From Candidatus Undinarchaeales archaeon (lineage in GTDB: Archaea; SpSt-1190; JASMDC01): a DNA stretch of 64,000 nt. The notes beneath the pieces were generated by a model. It saw only the letters and a list, made by a program, of their open reading frames with translations, ran no database searches and was not told the DNA's origin. The stretch spans positions 32,001 through 96,000 of the forward strand of contig JASMDC010000007.1 of assembly GCA_030753015.1 (NCBI GenBank), in the 5' to 3' direction. A program made the position numbers and the translations under genes. Below, piece by piece: positions 28,394 to 38,565 of this stretch (its first letter is position 1; each line of letters opens with the position of its first letter).

Positions 28394-29203
28394 ATGGCTC
28401 CATACCACTGCTTCCCCGGCAAGGACCCGCGCATCGTGTACGAGGAGCTGCTCGACGCCACCATGATCGTGGACTGCCACACACACCTGGGGGAGGACAA
28501 GGACGGCATGCATCAGGCGATACCGGAGCTCGTCCGCGTCATGAACAAGCACAAGGTCGACCGAGCGGTGGCGTTCCCGTTCAACATGCCGGGGCCGGGA
28601 CGGGGCTTCCACAAGGCCAACGGGATCATCGCTAAGGCCTACGAATCACACAAGGACCGCCTCATCCCCTTCATGCGCCTCGACCCCCACTCTCCGGCGT
28701 GCATGAAAGAGATGCAGGAACGACTGGACCAGGGATTCCGCGGGATAAAGCTCCATCCACGGGCCCAGAGCTTCTCCATCGATGAGGAGATCGCGTTCAA
28801 CATCTACGATGCCGCCCAGGACAACGACATCCCCATCATCATCCATACCGGGCTCATGCGCCGCATGAAGATCGGTGATGCCCTCACGAACATCATAAAG
28901 GAGTTCCCCAAGCTCAAGATCATCCTCGCCCACGGGGCCTACGTGGACATCGTCCGCGTGGTGTACTCGCTCAAGGGGGCCCACAACATCCTCTTCGACA
29001 CCTCGGTGGCCCCCATCTACGATATCTATGAGCTCATCTATACGGTGGGTCCCGACCGGGTGGTGTACGGCTCCGACACGCCGTACGGGCACATGGCCTC
29101 GGCGCTGGAGGCGGTGGTGGACATCGCCCTCTCGCTCCACCTGCCCAAGGAGAAGATCGATATGATCCTGGGCCAGAACATACTCGAGTGGGTGGGACCA
29201 TGA
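28394..29203 (+). CDS. amidohydrolase_2 family metal-dependent hydrolase
   Basis: DCHTH, GIKLHP, IHTG, AHG and YGSDTP. Confidence 0.9.
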   Translation: MAPYHCFPGKDPRIVYEELLDATMIVDCHTHLGEDKDGMHQAIPELVRVMNKHKVDRAVAFPFNMPGPGRGFHKANGIIAKAYESHKDRLIPFMRLDPHSPACMKEMQERLDQGFRGIKLHPRAQSFSIDEEIAFNIYDAAQDNDIPIIIHTGLMRRMKIGDALTNIIKEFPKLKIILAHGAYVDIVRVVYSLKGAHNILFDTSVAPIYDIYELIYTVGPDRVVYGSDTPYGHMASALEAVVDIALSLHLPKEKIDMILGQNILEWVGP

Positions 29204-29772
29204 GCCCCGAGGAGGAAGTGTTCGGGGGGTTCTCGAAAAAGTCGCTGGACCGCATCCGCTCGAGCATGCACCCCGAGGAGGTGCGCGTGGTGGACAGCGT
29301 CATCTTCGTGCGCAAGCTGGGTTCGGAGTACCCTCACATGGCCGACGATGAGGTCGAGGCTCTTTTGGACCGCTCCTGCCACGAGGGTATCGACATCGAC
29401 GCCGTGGTCGTCCTCACCGACGACAAGGAGTACAACCTGGTGCTCCCCCGCCGTATCCAGGTGATAAAGTACATGCGCATCCTCGACAGGCTCAGCTGGA
29501 TCTTCATCCTCCTCAAGATCATCCGCGACCTGGAAGGCGATTCCCGGCGAGCGGCCATGCGCAAGGTGCGCCACACCATCAGCCTAATCCTGACCCTCCT
29601 GGAGGTAGAGATCGAGCTCAACATCAACGAGCGTCCCCACCTCTATGATATAAGGGCGTTCATGGAGAAGATGACAGAGGCCCTCGACCACGGGAACTCC
29701 GGAAAGGCATGGACCAACCTACAGGTGGCCATCAATATCGCATCCATACGACTGCTCAAGCAGGTCAAGTAA
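29200..29772 (+). CDS. hypothetical protein
   Basis: ATGA overlap with the upstream gene and host-like codon usage. Confidence 0.7.
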   Translation: MSPEEEVFGGFSKKSLDRIRSSMHPEEVRVVDSVIFVRKLGSEYPHMADDEVEALLDRSCHEGIDIDAVVVLTDDKEYNLVLPRRIQVIKYMRILDRLSWIFILLKIIRDLEGDSRRAAMRKVRHTISLILTLLEVEIELNINERPHLYDIRAFMEKMTEALDHGNSGKAWTNLQVAINIASIRLLKQVK

Positions 29773-29831
29773 GGCGCAAGTGGTCGCGAGCCACATTTCT
29801 ATATAAAGGATTAAGTCAATCTTTTGACACC

Positions 29832-30905
29832 ATGGTTAAGGGACGTTTCGCCATTGGCAAGTTTGCCATCGAAGCGGGCGTGACCTCGGGAAGGATATTC
29901 GTCGAGTCCGTGCGAGAGATCTGGGACTCATTCCCGAAGTTCATTATAAACCTGCTCATAGCGTTCATCGTGTGGACGGTCGGTGGTTACCTCTTCCTGA
30001 AGTTCGCTCCGTTCCAGGTCTTCTACGGGGTATCTGCCTTCCAGACGATCGGTGCGATCCTGCTGGTGGTCATCTGTATCCTGCTCTCCAAGGCGCTGTC
30101 GGAGATCCGCGATATGGCGGAGGCCGCATCGGGACTGCTAACGGTGGTGACAGCTGACGAGGAGTTCGAGCGCAAGCTGCGCAACTACAACTTCTATCTG
30201 CGCACACTGTGCCTCTTGACGTTCCTGGCGATCTTCACGTTCTTCATCCTGACCCTCGGCCAGGGTGAGGGAGAGGAGCTCGGCCTGTTCTCCGGGCTCG
30301 CCCTTGTGTTCCTGGTGATCATCATCCTGGTGCACACCTTCGTTCCCGCCGATACCATCAACAAGATCGGTGGCGTCGTCTACGGGCCCATGGACACATT
30401 CAGTCAGCAGCAACAGATCATCGCGGTCGTCGCGTTCGTCGGCCTGGCGCTGGTGGTCGTGGGGATGTTCTACTCCTTCGCCGCCAACGTGGTCACGGAC
30501 AAGGACTGTGTACCCGGTATCACGACGGATATCTCGAAGCTCGCCCCGGAAGACGTGGACAAAGCGTGCGGTGTCGATGAGTTCTGCTACGCCAAGGACC
30601 GCAAGTGCCGTAGGAAGGTGTCCGGCGAGCGCCTGGTGTTCTCGACATTCGGGTTCTCGCTGTTCATGCTGCTGGCAGCATTGTTCGTGGACCGCATCGT
30701 CACCAATCTGGCCGACGAGATCAGCCGGCACACCGAGATCCCCGACGTCCTCCAGGAAGAGGAGGAGGGGAGTGGTGGCACTGACGAGATCGCAGACTAC
30801 ATCTCTAAGTGCAAGGCCCAGGGGATGCCCATGGACAAGATCCGGTCGTCCCTCCTGGAAGCGGGCTTCACCGAGGCCAACGTCGCCAAGTACTTCCCGA
30901 AGTAG
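29832..30905 (+). CDS. multi-pass membrane protein with a Cys-containing loop and a C-terminal helical domain
   Basis: About six TM helices. C-terminus DYI..CKAQG....IRSSLLEAGF. Confidence 0.7.
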   Translation: MVKGRFAIGKFAIEAGVTSGRIFVESVREIWDSFPKFIINLLIAFIVWTVGGYLFLKFAPFQVFYGVSAFQTIGAILLVVICILLSKALSEIRDMAEAASGLLTVVTADEEFERKLRNYNFYLRTLCLLTFLAIFTFFILTLGQGEGEELGLFSGLALVFLVIIILVHTFVPADTINKIGGVVYGPMDTFSQQQQIIAVVAFVGLALVVVGMFYSFAANVVTDKDCVPGITTDISKLAPEDVDKACGVDEFCYAKDRKCRRKVSGERLVFSTFGFSLFMLLAALFVDRIVTNLADEISRHTEIPDVLQEEEEGSGGTDEIADYISKCKAQGMPMDKIRSSLLEAGFTEANVAKYFPK

Positions 30906-30979
30906 GCATATGGAACGCGGCCCTCGTCATGGGGGCCGCTTCTAACTTTTTTCTGAGCAGTCTCAGTTCCAGGCAGCGC

Positions 30980-32065
30980 TCAGGCATCCTTCACGAACGT
31001 CAGGACCTCGGCGCACACGCGCTCGATCTCCTTTGCAGTATGGACGGCCGACATGGGGAGCGAGAGAATTTCCTTCGCGAACCCCTCGGTCACGGGGAAG
31101 GAGCCCGGGACCTCCAGGCAGGGCTGGCGGTGGAGTGGGACGGGATAGTGGATGCCGCAGGAGATGCCGCGCCCCTCGAGGTGTGCCCGCAGGGCGTCAC
31201 GGTCGGGATGCCTGATAACATATAGGTGGTAAACGTGAGTGCCCCAGTGCACCCGGGGTGTCACCACTGCATCGCCGAGCAGCTTGTCGTAGAGCGCGGC
31301 GTTCTTCCGGCGGGCATCGTTGAAACCGTCCAGCATCCGTAGCTGGACGCGGGCTATGGCGGCGTACATCTCGCACAGCTTGGCGTTGTATCCCAGGACC
31401 TCAGCGGTCCCCGTACCCGCGTTGGCACCGTACGCACGGAGCAGGCGCACCTTCTCGGCGAGCCCATCGTCGTCGGTGACGAACATGCCGCCCTCGCCGG
31501 CGACCGTCATGTTCTTGGAGGGATAGAACGAGAAGCAGCCCGCGTCAGCGAGCGAGCCGGTGCGAGCGCCCTTGTAGGTGGCGCCGTGCGACTGGCAGGC
31601 GTCCTCGAGCAGGAACAGCCCGTGCCGCTCGGCGACCTCGCGGACGGGGTTCATGTCGCAGGTGTGGCCGTAGAGGTGGACCGGGATGATCGCCTGGGTC
31701 CGGGGAGTGATGGCCGCCTCCAACTTGGAGGGATCCATGGTATAGCTCCTGTCCACGTCCACGAGACGGATCGACGCACCACAGTACGAGATGGCCAGGG
31801 CCGTGGAGATGAATGTGTTGGGGACGGTGATGACCTCGTCACCCGGGCCGATACCCGCGGCCTTGAGGGCCAGGTGGAGCGCGTCGGTGCCCGAGGAGAT
31901 GCCGACGGCGTTATCGACGCCCATGTAGGCGGCGAACTCCTTCTCGAGCGCGGCGAGCTCGTCACCCAGCACGAACCGTCCACTGTCCAGCACGCGGCAT
32001 ACCGCGTCCTTCATCTCCTGGGTGATGACCGGGCGCGAGAGCGGGATGGGGGCGGGCGACGCCAT
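30980..32065 (-). CDS. DegT/DnrJ/EryC1/StrS aminotransferase
   Basis: SGTDALHLAL, PVHLYG, EDACQSHGA, SFYPSKN and IHYP.PLH. Confidence 0.96.
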   Translation of the reverse strand: MASPAPIPLSRPVITQEMKDAVCRVLDSGRFVLGDELAALEKEFAAYMGVDNAVGISSGTDALHLALKAAGIGPGDEVITVPNTFISTALAISYCGASIRLVDVDRSYTMDPSKLEAAITPRTQAIIPVHLYGHTCDMNPVREVAERHGLFLLEDACQSHGATYKGARTGSLADAGCFSFYPSKNMTVAGEGGMFVTDDDGLAEKVRLLRAYGANAGTGTAEVLGYNAKLCEMYAAIARVQLRMLDGFNDARRKNAALYDKLLGDAVVTPRVHWGTHVYHLYVIRHPDRDALRAHLEGRGISCGIHYPVPLHRQPCLEVPGSFPVTEGFAKEILSLPMSAVHTAKEIERVCAEVLTFVKDA

Positions 32066-32120
32066 GTGGCGGAACTGCACCGGGGAACATTTAAATCCTT
32101 GGGACAGGATGGTTGGTCTG

Positions 32121-33236
32121 ATGCCCCCTTCCGAGGTCGCCGTGGTCCGGTGCAAGGACTACGCTGACGCCGATGCCGCGGTGCGCAAGGCACTTTCCCT
32201 CCTGGGCGGGCTCGATATCGCTAAGGACGACAAGGTGCTCATCAAGCCCAACCTACTCATCGGCCGACGGCCCGACGATGCCGTCACCACCCATCCTGCC
32301 GTGGTAGAGCCGGTGGTGGGGGAGGTCAAGCGCCTGGGCGGGCAGCTCACTGTGGGCGACTCCCCCGGTACCTGGGCCAACAAGCGGCTCAAGGACTTCC
32401 TCAAGGTCACGGGATTCAAGGAGATCAGCGAGCGGCAGGACTTCCACCTCATGCGGTTCGGAGAAGAGCCGCCGGTCCCCTTTGTCATGGAGTTCGGCGG
32501 GAAGGAGCGAACGGTGTTCCTGGAGAAGACGGCCGTGGACGCCGACTACATCATCAACATGCCCAAGGCCAAGACCCACATGGTCACCATCCTCACCGGG
32601 GCCCTCAAGAACATGTACGGCCTCATCCCTGGCAACGAGAAGCAGCTCATCCATAAGTGGGCCAACACCATCCAACCCTTCGCCGAGGCGGTGGCAGCGA
32701 TCAACAAGGCGTGTCCTGCGGACATGGTGGTGGCCGATGCCGTGGTCGGGCTGGAGGGGAACGGGCCCAACTACCTTGGCAAGAGCATCCGTCTGGGCTA
32801 CATCGTGGCCGGCCGAGACCCGGTGGCCGTGGACACGGTGCTGGCTCGTATCATGGGCATCCCCCTGGACAAGCTCGTGACCGTGCAGGTGGCCAAGGAG
32901 CTGGGGCTGGGCACTACCGATTACACTCTCCTCGGCGATGAGCCCGAGACCACCAAGGTCCGGCTGCCCTCACAGTTCATCTACCGGCTCTGGCCCGTGT
33001 TCCAGGCCGGGTTCCTCATCCCGTTCACCGTGCCCAAGCCCATGTGCGACGACGCCGCGTGCGTGCGGTGCGGTACGTGCGAGACCAACTGTCCTGTAAA
33101 GGCCATCACGGTCAGTGACCGGGTGCGGTTCGATTACGACAAGTGCATCCGGTGCCTGTGCTGTGTGGAGCTGTGCCCCAATGCGTGCATCAGCCCGCGG
33201 TTCCCGTGGTTGTTGACCCAGTGGCTGAAACATTAG
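32121..33236 (+). CDS. DUF362 domain protein with C-terminal 2x[4Fe-4S] ferredoxin
   Basis: IKPN, TTHP, PKAKTH, LKN.YG, EGNGP and two CxxCxxCxxxCP motifs. Confidence 0.9.
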   Translation: MPPSEVAVVRCKDYADADAAVRKALSLLGGLDIAKDDKVLIKPNLLIGRRPDDAVTTHPAVVEPVVGEVKRLGGQLTVGDSPGTWANKRLKDFLKVTGFKEISERQDFHLMRFGEEPPVPFVMEFGGKERTVFLEKTAVDADYIINMPKAKTHMVTILTGALKNMYGLIPGNEKQLIHKWANTIQPFAEAVAAINKACPADMVVADAVVGLEGNGPNYLGKSIRLGYIVAGRDPVAVDTVLARIMGIPLDKLVTVQVAKELGLGTTDYTLLGDEPETTKVRLPSQFIYRLWPVFQAGFLIPFTVPKPMCDDAACVRCGTCETNCPVKAITVSDRVRFDYDKCIRCLCCVELCPNACISPRFPWLLTQWLKH

Positions 33237-33257
33237 AGACGTGAAAGTGAGACTACC

Positions 33258-34916
33258 ATGCGCATCCTGGCCATAAACGACTGCAGCGACTCGAGCGCGG
33301 CCCTCGTGGAGGACGGTCGCATCATCGCCGCGGTCGAGGAGGAGCGGTTCACCTACCGCCGCCACATCGACATATTCCCATTCAACGCCATCGAGCACGT
33401 CACTGGCGGCGACTTCTCGGACATCGACCGCGTCGTGTACACCATGGAGTACAACGACTTCCGGGTGCCCCGGTTCGACCGGTACCAGGTGTTCCCCGCC
33501 ACCATGCTCCACCCGCCAGCTGCCTGGCTCAGCGCCGTTGACCGGCTTCCTCAGCCGCTCATCAAGGCGGTCGGGAACGCCGCGTACTGGACCACGTTCA
33601 ACGCCCTCATAAACCGCCGGAAGCTCGAACGCAAGTACATGCAAAAGCGCATGGGGCTCGATTTCGAGATCGTGCGACATCACCTGGCGCATGCGTCCTC
33701 CGCCTACCGCGCGTCCGGGTTCGGGAAGGCGAACATCCTGGTCATGGACGGCTCCGGGGAGAAGTACTCCACCTCACTGTTCGTAGGCGACGGGGAGATC
33801 GAGCCCGTCAAGGACATCGCCGAGAGCAACTCCATGGGCATCCTCTACACGTTCATATCCCTCATCCTCGGGCTGGGACGGTTCGGTCAGGGAAAGACCA
33901 TGGGGCTGGCGCCCTACGGGACGCCGAGGCCCGAGTACGTCAAGATGGTCGAGGTGCTGCACCACGACTATAATATCCGCATGGACCGTGTGCGCGAGCT
34001 GGCCCGGCACATCCGGTACGGGGGCGAGCCCACCAAGGAGCATCAGGACATCGCTGCAAGCCTCCAGGAGGCATTGGAGCGCGTGGCCATCGAGATGGTC
34101 GACTGTCTGCACGAGACCAGCGGATACAAGGACCTCTGCTTGGCCGGTGGAGTGGTCCTTAATTGCTCCATGAACGGTGTGCTCCTGCGCACGCCCATGG
34201 TGGACCGTATGTTCGTCCAGCCCGCCGCCAGCGACGCTGGCACGGCACTGGGCGCCGCCTTCCAGCTCTGCTATGAGGAGGGTGTCCAGGCCGAGACCAT
34301 GATCTCCGCGGCCCTGGGCCCGTCCTACGACGACGTCGCCATCGCCCGGGCGCTGGCCGACGAGGGGCTCACCGGAGAACCCGTCGACGATCCCGCCAGC
34401 ACCGCAGCGGTGCTCATCGCCGAGGGCAAGGTCATCGGATGGTTCCAGGGGCGGCTGGAGTTCGGGCCCCGGGCCCTTGGCCAGAGATCGATCATCGCGG
34501 ATCCCACGGACCCGGAGATGCACGACCGCGTCAACCGTATCAAGAACCGGGAGATGTGGCGACCGCTGGCACCGTCGGTGCTCATCGAGCACCTGCCCGA
34601 GTACTTCGAGGGCGGCCATCCATCGCCGTTCATGATCCTTACCTATCCTGTACGGGAGGAGAAGCGGGACGAGATCCCGGCCGTGACCCACGTGGACGGC
34701 TCGGCACGGCTCCAGACCGTGGACGGGCGGGCGACGCCCCTCTACCACAAGCTCATCTCGCGGTTCGCCAAGGAGGGCAAACCGCCCGTGGTGCTCAATA
34801 CATCGTTCAACTCCCGTGGCCAACCCATCGTGCGCACACCGTACGATGCCATCCGCACGTTCAAGCGCATCGGGCTGGATGCCATGGTGATCGGCGGGTA
34901 CCTGGTCACGGCCTGA
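33258..34916 (+). CDS. carbamoyltransferase (NodU/CmcH family)
   Basis: EEERF, HHLAHASSA, DGSGE, GKTMGLAPYG, GPRALGQRSI, HVDGSARLQTV and LNTSFN. Confidence 0.95.
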   Translation: MRILAINDCSDSSAALVEDGRIIAAVEEERFTYRRHIDIFPFNAIEHVTGGDFSDIDRVVYTMEYNDFRVPRFDRYQVFPATMLHPPAAWLSAVDRLPQPLIKAVGNAAYWTTFNALINRRKLERKYMQKRMGLDFEIVRHHLAHASSAYRASGFGKANILVMDGSGEKYSTSLFVGDGEIEPVKDIAESNSMGILYTFISLILGLGRFGQGKTMGLAPYGTPRPEYVKMVEVLHHDYNIRMDRVRELARHIRYGGEPTKEHQDIAASLQEALERVAIEMVDCLHETSGYKDLCLAGGVVLNCSMNGVLLRTPMVDRMFVQPAASDAGTALGAAFQLCYEEGVQAETMISAALGPSYDDVAIARALADEGLTGEPVDDPASTAAVLIAEGKVIGWFQGRLEFGPRALGQRSIIADPTDPEMHDRVNRIKNREMWRPLAPSVLIEHLPEYFEGGHPSPFMILTYPVREEKRDEIPAVTHVDGSARLQTVDGRATPLYHKLISRFAKEGKPPVVLNTSFNSRGQPIVRTPYDAIRTFKRIGLDAMVIGGYLVTA

Positions 34917-34974
34917 GGCCGCGCGGGCCCTGAGAGGCAGGCATATAAAGCTGTAGCCCGACGGTGCCCCTCCC

Positions 34975-36153
34975 GTGACCCTCACGACCCTCCTTGTAGT
35001 CGCTGGCACCTATTACGCCATCCTGCTAATCTCGGAGGTGGTCTCCCACCTGTCGGGCGGACCAAAGCAGCAGCCGGAACCGGAGACATGGCCTTCGGTC
35101 ACCGTCGTGCTACCCGTGTGCGACGAGGAGGCGGTGATCGCCGAGACACTGGAGGCGCTCGCACGGCTCGACTACCCTGGCGAACACGACGTGCTTGTGA
35201 TCGTCGGGGACGGCAAGGACCGCACCATGGAGATCGCCCGGTCGTTCGCCGAGGAACACGACCATATCACGACGGTGCCCGAGGCCGAGGACGGGTCGTG
35301 TAAAGCGCACGCCCTCAACCAGGCCATGGAGGACGCGACCGGGGACGTGCTCGTGGTCTACGACGCTGACAACGTGCCCGAGCGCGGTGCCATGCGCTCG
35401 CTGGTGGCACCCCTCGCCCGGGGCGAATCGGCCGTGGCCGTGGGGTGCATCCTCTCGGCGAAGCACACCGATACCTGGGTCACCCGGCTGGTGTCCCTCG
35501 AGTACGCCTGGTACTACGGCGGGCTCTACGCCCACCGGGCCCGTCATAAGCTCTTCGTGCCCGTGCCCGGACGCAACTTCGCCATCCAACGGGAGCTGTT
35601 GAAGGAGCTGGGCGGATTCGACGAGACGGTGCTCGCCGAGGACCTCTACATCACGCGCCGGCTCTACGAGGAACCGGGGCGTCGTGTGGCGTACGTCCGC
35701 AGCGCCATCGCCACCGAGGAGGTGCCCGACGACCTCGACACCCTTCTTCGCCAACGCAAGCGATGGGGCGGCGGTGCGATCAAGGAGTACCTCAGCGCGT
35801 TCAGCGAGGCGCGCGGGAACCCCTATTACCTGGGACGCATCGTCGATGTGGTGCTCATGGGACTGGACATAGTCATGCCCCTGGTGGCTCTGTTGGCGCT
35901 CGTGGCCATGCTCCTGGGACAGGGGCAACCCTATCCGGCCCTCCTGCTCGTGACCGTGCTCCTATACCTGGTCTACATGCGGATCTATGGGTACAAGCAG
36001 GGCCTGATACTCTACCTCCCGCTCACTGCGCTCCTGGACTTCTACATGTCCATCCTCGTCCCTATTGGATTCATCGCCAACCGCCTTGCGGGCGGCGAGG
36101 ATCCTGCATGGGAGCGGACGGTGAAGAAGGGGCGGCCCCGGGGTGACGGCTGA
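34975..36153 (+). CDS. GT2 processive-type glycosyltransferase
   Basis: KAHALN, DAD, AED and QRKRW, with TM helices. Confidence 0.9.
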   Translation: MTLTTLLVVAGTYYAILLISEVVSHLSGGPKQQPEPETWPSVTVVLPVCDEEAVIAETLEALARLDYPGEHDVLVIVGDGKDRTMEIARSFAEEHDHITTVPEAEDGSCKAHALNQAMEDATGDVLVVYDADNVPERGAMRSLVAPLARGESAVAVGCILSAKHTDTWVTRLVSLEYAWYYGGLYAHRARHKLFVPVPGRNFAIQRELLKELGGFDETVLAEDLYITRRLYEEPGRRVAYVRSAIATEEVPDDLDTLLRQRKRWGGGAIKEYLSAFSEARGNPYYLGRIVDVVLMGLDIVMPLVALLALVAMLLGQGQPYPALLLVTVLLYLVYMRIYGYKQGLILYLPLTALLDFYMSILVPIGFIANRLAGGEDPAWERTVKKGRPRGDG

Positions 36154-36216
36154 GGCCGCTGACACCTATGCTTATATGGATGAGCCCCCTTACTAGTAAT
36201 CCGGGGTGAACGCACC

Positions 36217-36546
36217 GTGGTTTCGGGAATCTGGAAGGAGTTGCCGGTTGCGACCCGGTTCCTCCTCGCTGTGGTTATCGATATCCTCAACACGTTCAAC
36301 CTCGAGTTCATACCATTTCTATACATTCTGGACCCGTTTCTGGCACTGGTCCAGTTCGATCTCGTGACCGACCTTGCTCCTACGAGGGCCCAGAAGGTCC
36401 TGCTGGGGCTCGGGTGCGGCGAAGCCCTGCTCGGTCACCCGAGAGACATCCTCCCCCTGTGCAGCCTCGTCGTGCTGGTCACCGGCGGGGACGAGGTCCC
36501 TGACGACCTGGATGACACGGGACGACCGACCCCCTTCGGCATGTGA
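36217..36546 (+). CDS. small hypothetical membrane protein
   Basis: Hydrophobic 109-aa ORF after a TTATAT promoter-like sequence. Confidence 0.55.
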   Translation: MVSGIWKELPVATRFLLAVVIDILNTFNLEFIPFLYILDPFLALVQFDLVTDLAPTRAQKVLLGLGCGEALLGHPRDILPLCSLVVLVTGGDEVPDDLDDTGRPTPFGM

Positions 36547-36612
36547 GGTCTGACCCGGAGGATGCGCAAGTACATTCATAACTGTCCTTAGTGGCCAGCT
36601 GGAAAGTCACAC

Positions 36613-36652
36613 GTTTACGAAATGTATATATACTTGTAAACATATAGTAAAC
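36613..36652 (+). promoter_or_regulatory. vapBC promoter/operator
   Basis: GTTTAC..GTAAAC inverted repeat around the palindromic GTATATATAC, plus a third GTAAAC. Confidence 0.6.
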
Positions 36653-36665
36653 ATAGGATTTCACG

Positions 36666-36881
36666 ATGAGCGTCACTATCTCGGTCCGGGTCGAGGATCA
36701 TATCAAGCGCGAGATCGAGGACCTGGGATATGCCCCTGGCGAGTACCTCAAGCTCGTGCTTGAGAGGGAACTTAGGCGGGAACGGTCTCGCAAGGCACTC
36801 GTATGGATCAAGAAGCATCGCGTACCGTCGAAGGGGGAACTCGCTGAGCAGCTCGTCCGGAAGGCCCGTGATATGCGATGA
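36666..36881 (+). CDS. antitoxin (RHH-like, VapB-type)
   Basis: VTISVRV beta strand plus helices. LVRKARD C-terminus overlaps the PIN gene. Confidence 0.8.
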   Translation: MSVTISVRVEDHIKREIEDLGYAPGEYLKLVLERELRRERSRKALVWIKKHRVPSKGELAEQLVRKARDMR

Positions 36882-37315
36882 AGCTGGTGCTGGACTCGTC
36901 GGTACTAGCGAAGCTCTTCATCGAGGAGAGCGGTACGGAGGATGCGCTCGCCCTCATCGGGCTCGCCCACATGCTCGACCTTGAGCTCTTAGCGGCGCAG
37001 CTAGCGGTGAGCGAGGTGGGGAACGTCCTCTGGAAGCACCTGCGTGACACCGACGACGATGGGAGCGAGCACATGAGGCAGCTCTTCCTCCTCGACATCA
37101 CGTTCGTACCGCTGGACAGTGTCCGTTCTAGCAGGGCGAGCAGTCTTGCAACCGGACACGACATCTCCTTTTATGATGCAGTCCATGTCGCACTTGCGGA
37201 GGAGCATCTGTGCGATCTCGTGACCGAGGACAATGAGCTCCAGAAGAAGGTGGATCAAGCCATAGGTCTCAGGAAAGCGCGTGAACTCGTGGAATCCCCG
37301 GCTTTCGCTCCCTAG
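36878..37315 (+). CDS. vapC: PIN-domain VapC toxin
   Basis: VLDSSV.AK, E, SFYDA.HVALA and LVTED. Confidence 0.92.
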   Translation: MKLVLDSSVLAKLFIEESGTEDALALIGLAHMLDLELLAAQLAVSEVGNVLWKHLRDTDDDGSEHMRQLFLLDITFVPLDSVRSSRASSLATGHDISFYDAVHVALAEEHLCDLVTEDNELQKKVDQAIGLRKARELVESPAFAP

Positions 37316-37665
37316 ACCTCGCGCTCGATGCCGTGAAAGGAGTACCAGTTGTCATTGAAGTGCTCGGGCAGTGCCGCGACGACGCTGGTGTCGTAGACGG
37401 CGTACGGCGACACACCGAGGTCGTTCAGTGCGCGCTCGTGAGCCGTATCGTAGTCCATCCCCTGCTCGTCCATGTAGCATCGCTCAACAAGCTCGTGGTC
37501 GAGGAAGTTCTGGTCGTACTCGGTGCGGACACCCTGGTCGGCCAGCCGCTCGAGCATCATCTCGTTCTCGGGGAAGCTGCCGAACCTATCGAGATGGTCG
37601 CGCACGTACCCCAGATTCTCCGGCGTGGGGAGATATTGCCCGTCCATCTTGGCAAAAACTGTCAT
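37312..37665 (-). CDS. stand-alone protein resembling a polymorphic-toxin (RHS-type) C-terminal domain
   Basis: HL..FG..EN..M..RL...D..F..HE..E...M..G..Y..AH..AL....VSP..VY...V.....FN..W..F.GI pattern, recognised from memory. Confidence 0.6.
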   Translation of the reverse strand: MTVFAKMDGQYLPTPENLGYVRDHLDRFGSFPENEMMLERLADQGVRTEYDQNFLDHELVERCYMDEQGMDYDTAHERALNDLGVSPYAVYDTSVVAALPEHFNDNWYSFHGIEREV

Positions 37666-37752
37666 GGTAACCCCGTTAAATAGCCTCCCTTGGTGTGCCG
37701 ACGGCTTTATCAAGGTGAACCGTTATAGTGTGTCAGGAACGGACGTGGTACC

Positions 37753-37992
37753 ATGGCCATCATCGTGAAGGAGAAGGAGACAGGAGCGCGGTTCGTGCTT
37801 TTAGGCACGGGGTTCGGCGCCTTCAAGGCCGCGCGGCCGGGGATGTTGCTGGGGAACCTTTCTCCCACCGAGGACAAGGGTGAGTTCACAGTGCTCGCCG
37901 TGAGCGATGAGAAGGGCGAGGTGCACTGGATCGACTCGGACGCCGTCGTCGTGGTAGAGGTCGACGGGAAGCACCCGTCCCAGTACCTGTAG
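37753..37992 (+). CDS. small hypothetical protein
   Basis: 79 aa, host-like codons, LLGTGFGAFKA.RP and VVEVDG. Confidence 0.7.
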   Translation: MAIIVKEKETGARFVLLGTGFGAFKAARPGMLLGNLSPTEDKGEFTVLAVSDEKGEVHWIDSDAVVVVEVDGKHPSQYL

Positions 37993-38027
37993 GGAGCTGA
38001 TCGGCCCTGACCGCTCACGAGCATAAA

Positions 38028-38258
38028 GTGTACATCCTCGAGTGCGCTGACGGTACCTACTACACGGGCTACACCACCGACCTGGAACGCCGGGTGAGCG
38101 TCCACAACAAGGGGAAGGGAGCCCGATACACCCGTGGTCGGCTCCCGGTCGCCATCGTGTTCTCCGAGGCGTACGCCACCAAGAGCGAGGCCCTGCGCAG
38201 GGAGGCCGAGATCAAGCGCATGACCCGGCGGGAGAAGCGCGAGCTGGTGGAGCTCTAG
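38028..38258 (+). CDS. GIY-YIG nuclease (UPF0213)
   Basis: [31 protein letters not shown] and ALRRE..IK. Confidence 0.93.
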   Translation: MYILECADGTYYTGYTTDLERRVSVHNKGKGARYTRGRLPVAIVFSEAYATKSEALRREAEIKRMTRREKRELVEL

Positions 38259-38565
38259 CCGTCCCGGACGCCCGTGACGGGCTCCTCAGGCACCTGATCA
38301 CCCTTTTCCTCGCCGTCGTCCTTGGACCTCGGCATCGATATATCTATAGGACGTGCGTGGTTATACTCTTCGACGTTGTACGGGATCGGTCCGTCCGTCG
38401 GATCGCCATCCGTCAAACAGGCTCCTGACCTAAATGCACCCTCCTTACTGCCTTTGTTGTCACTGCGAGTGCCCTCCAAGAGGTCATCGGGATATGCAGA
38501 CTGCCAGAGTACTGGCACGCCGCCCCCTATGACTATATACCAATAAATCACCTTCAGTCTATTAA

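Noticed and set aside
38255-38519. Possible small minus-strand gene left of the tnpB element
   Set aside because: Plausible GTG start and TATA-like sequence, but no motif or homology that I can recognise.
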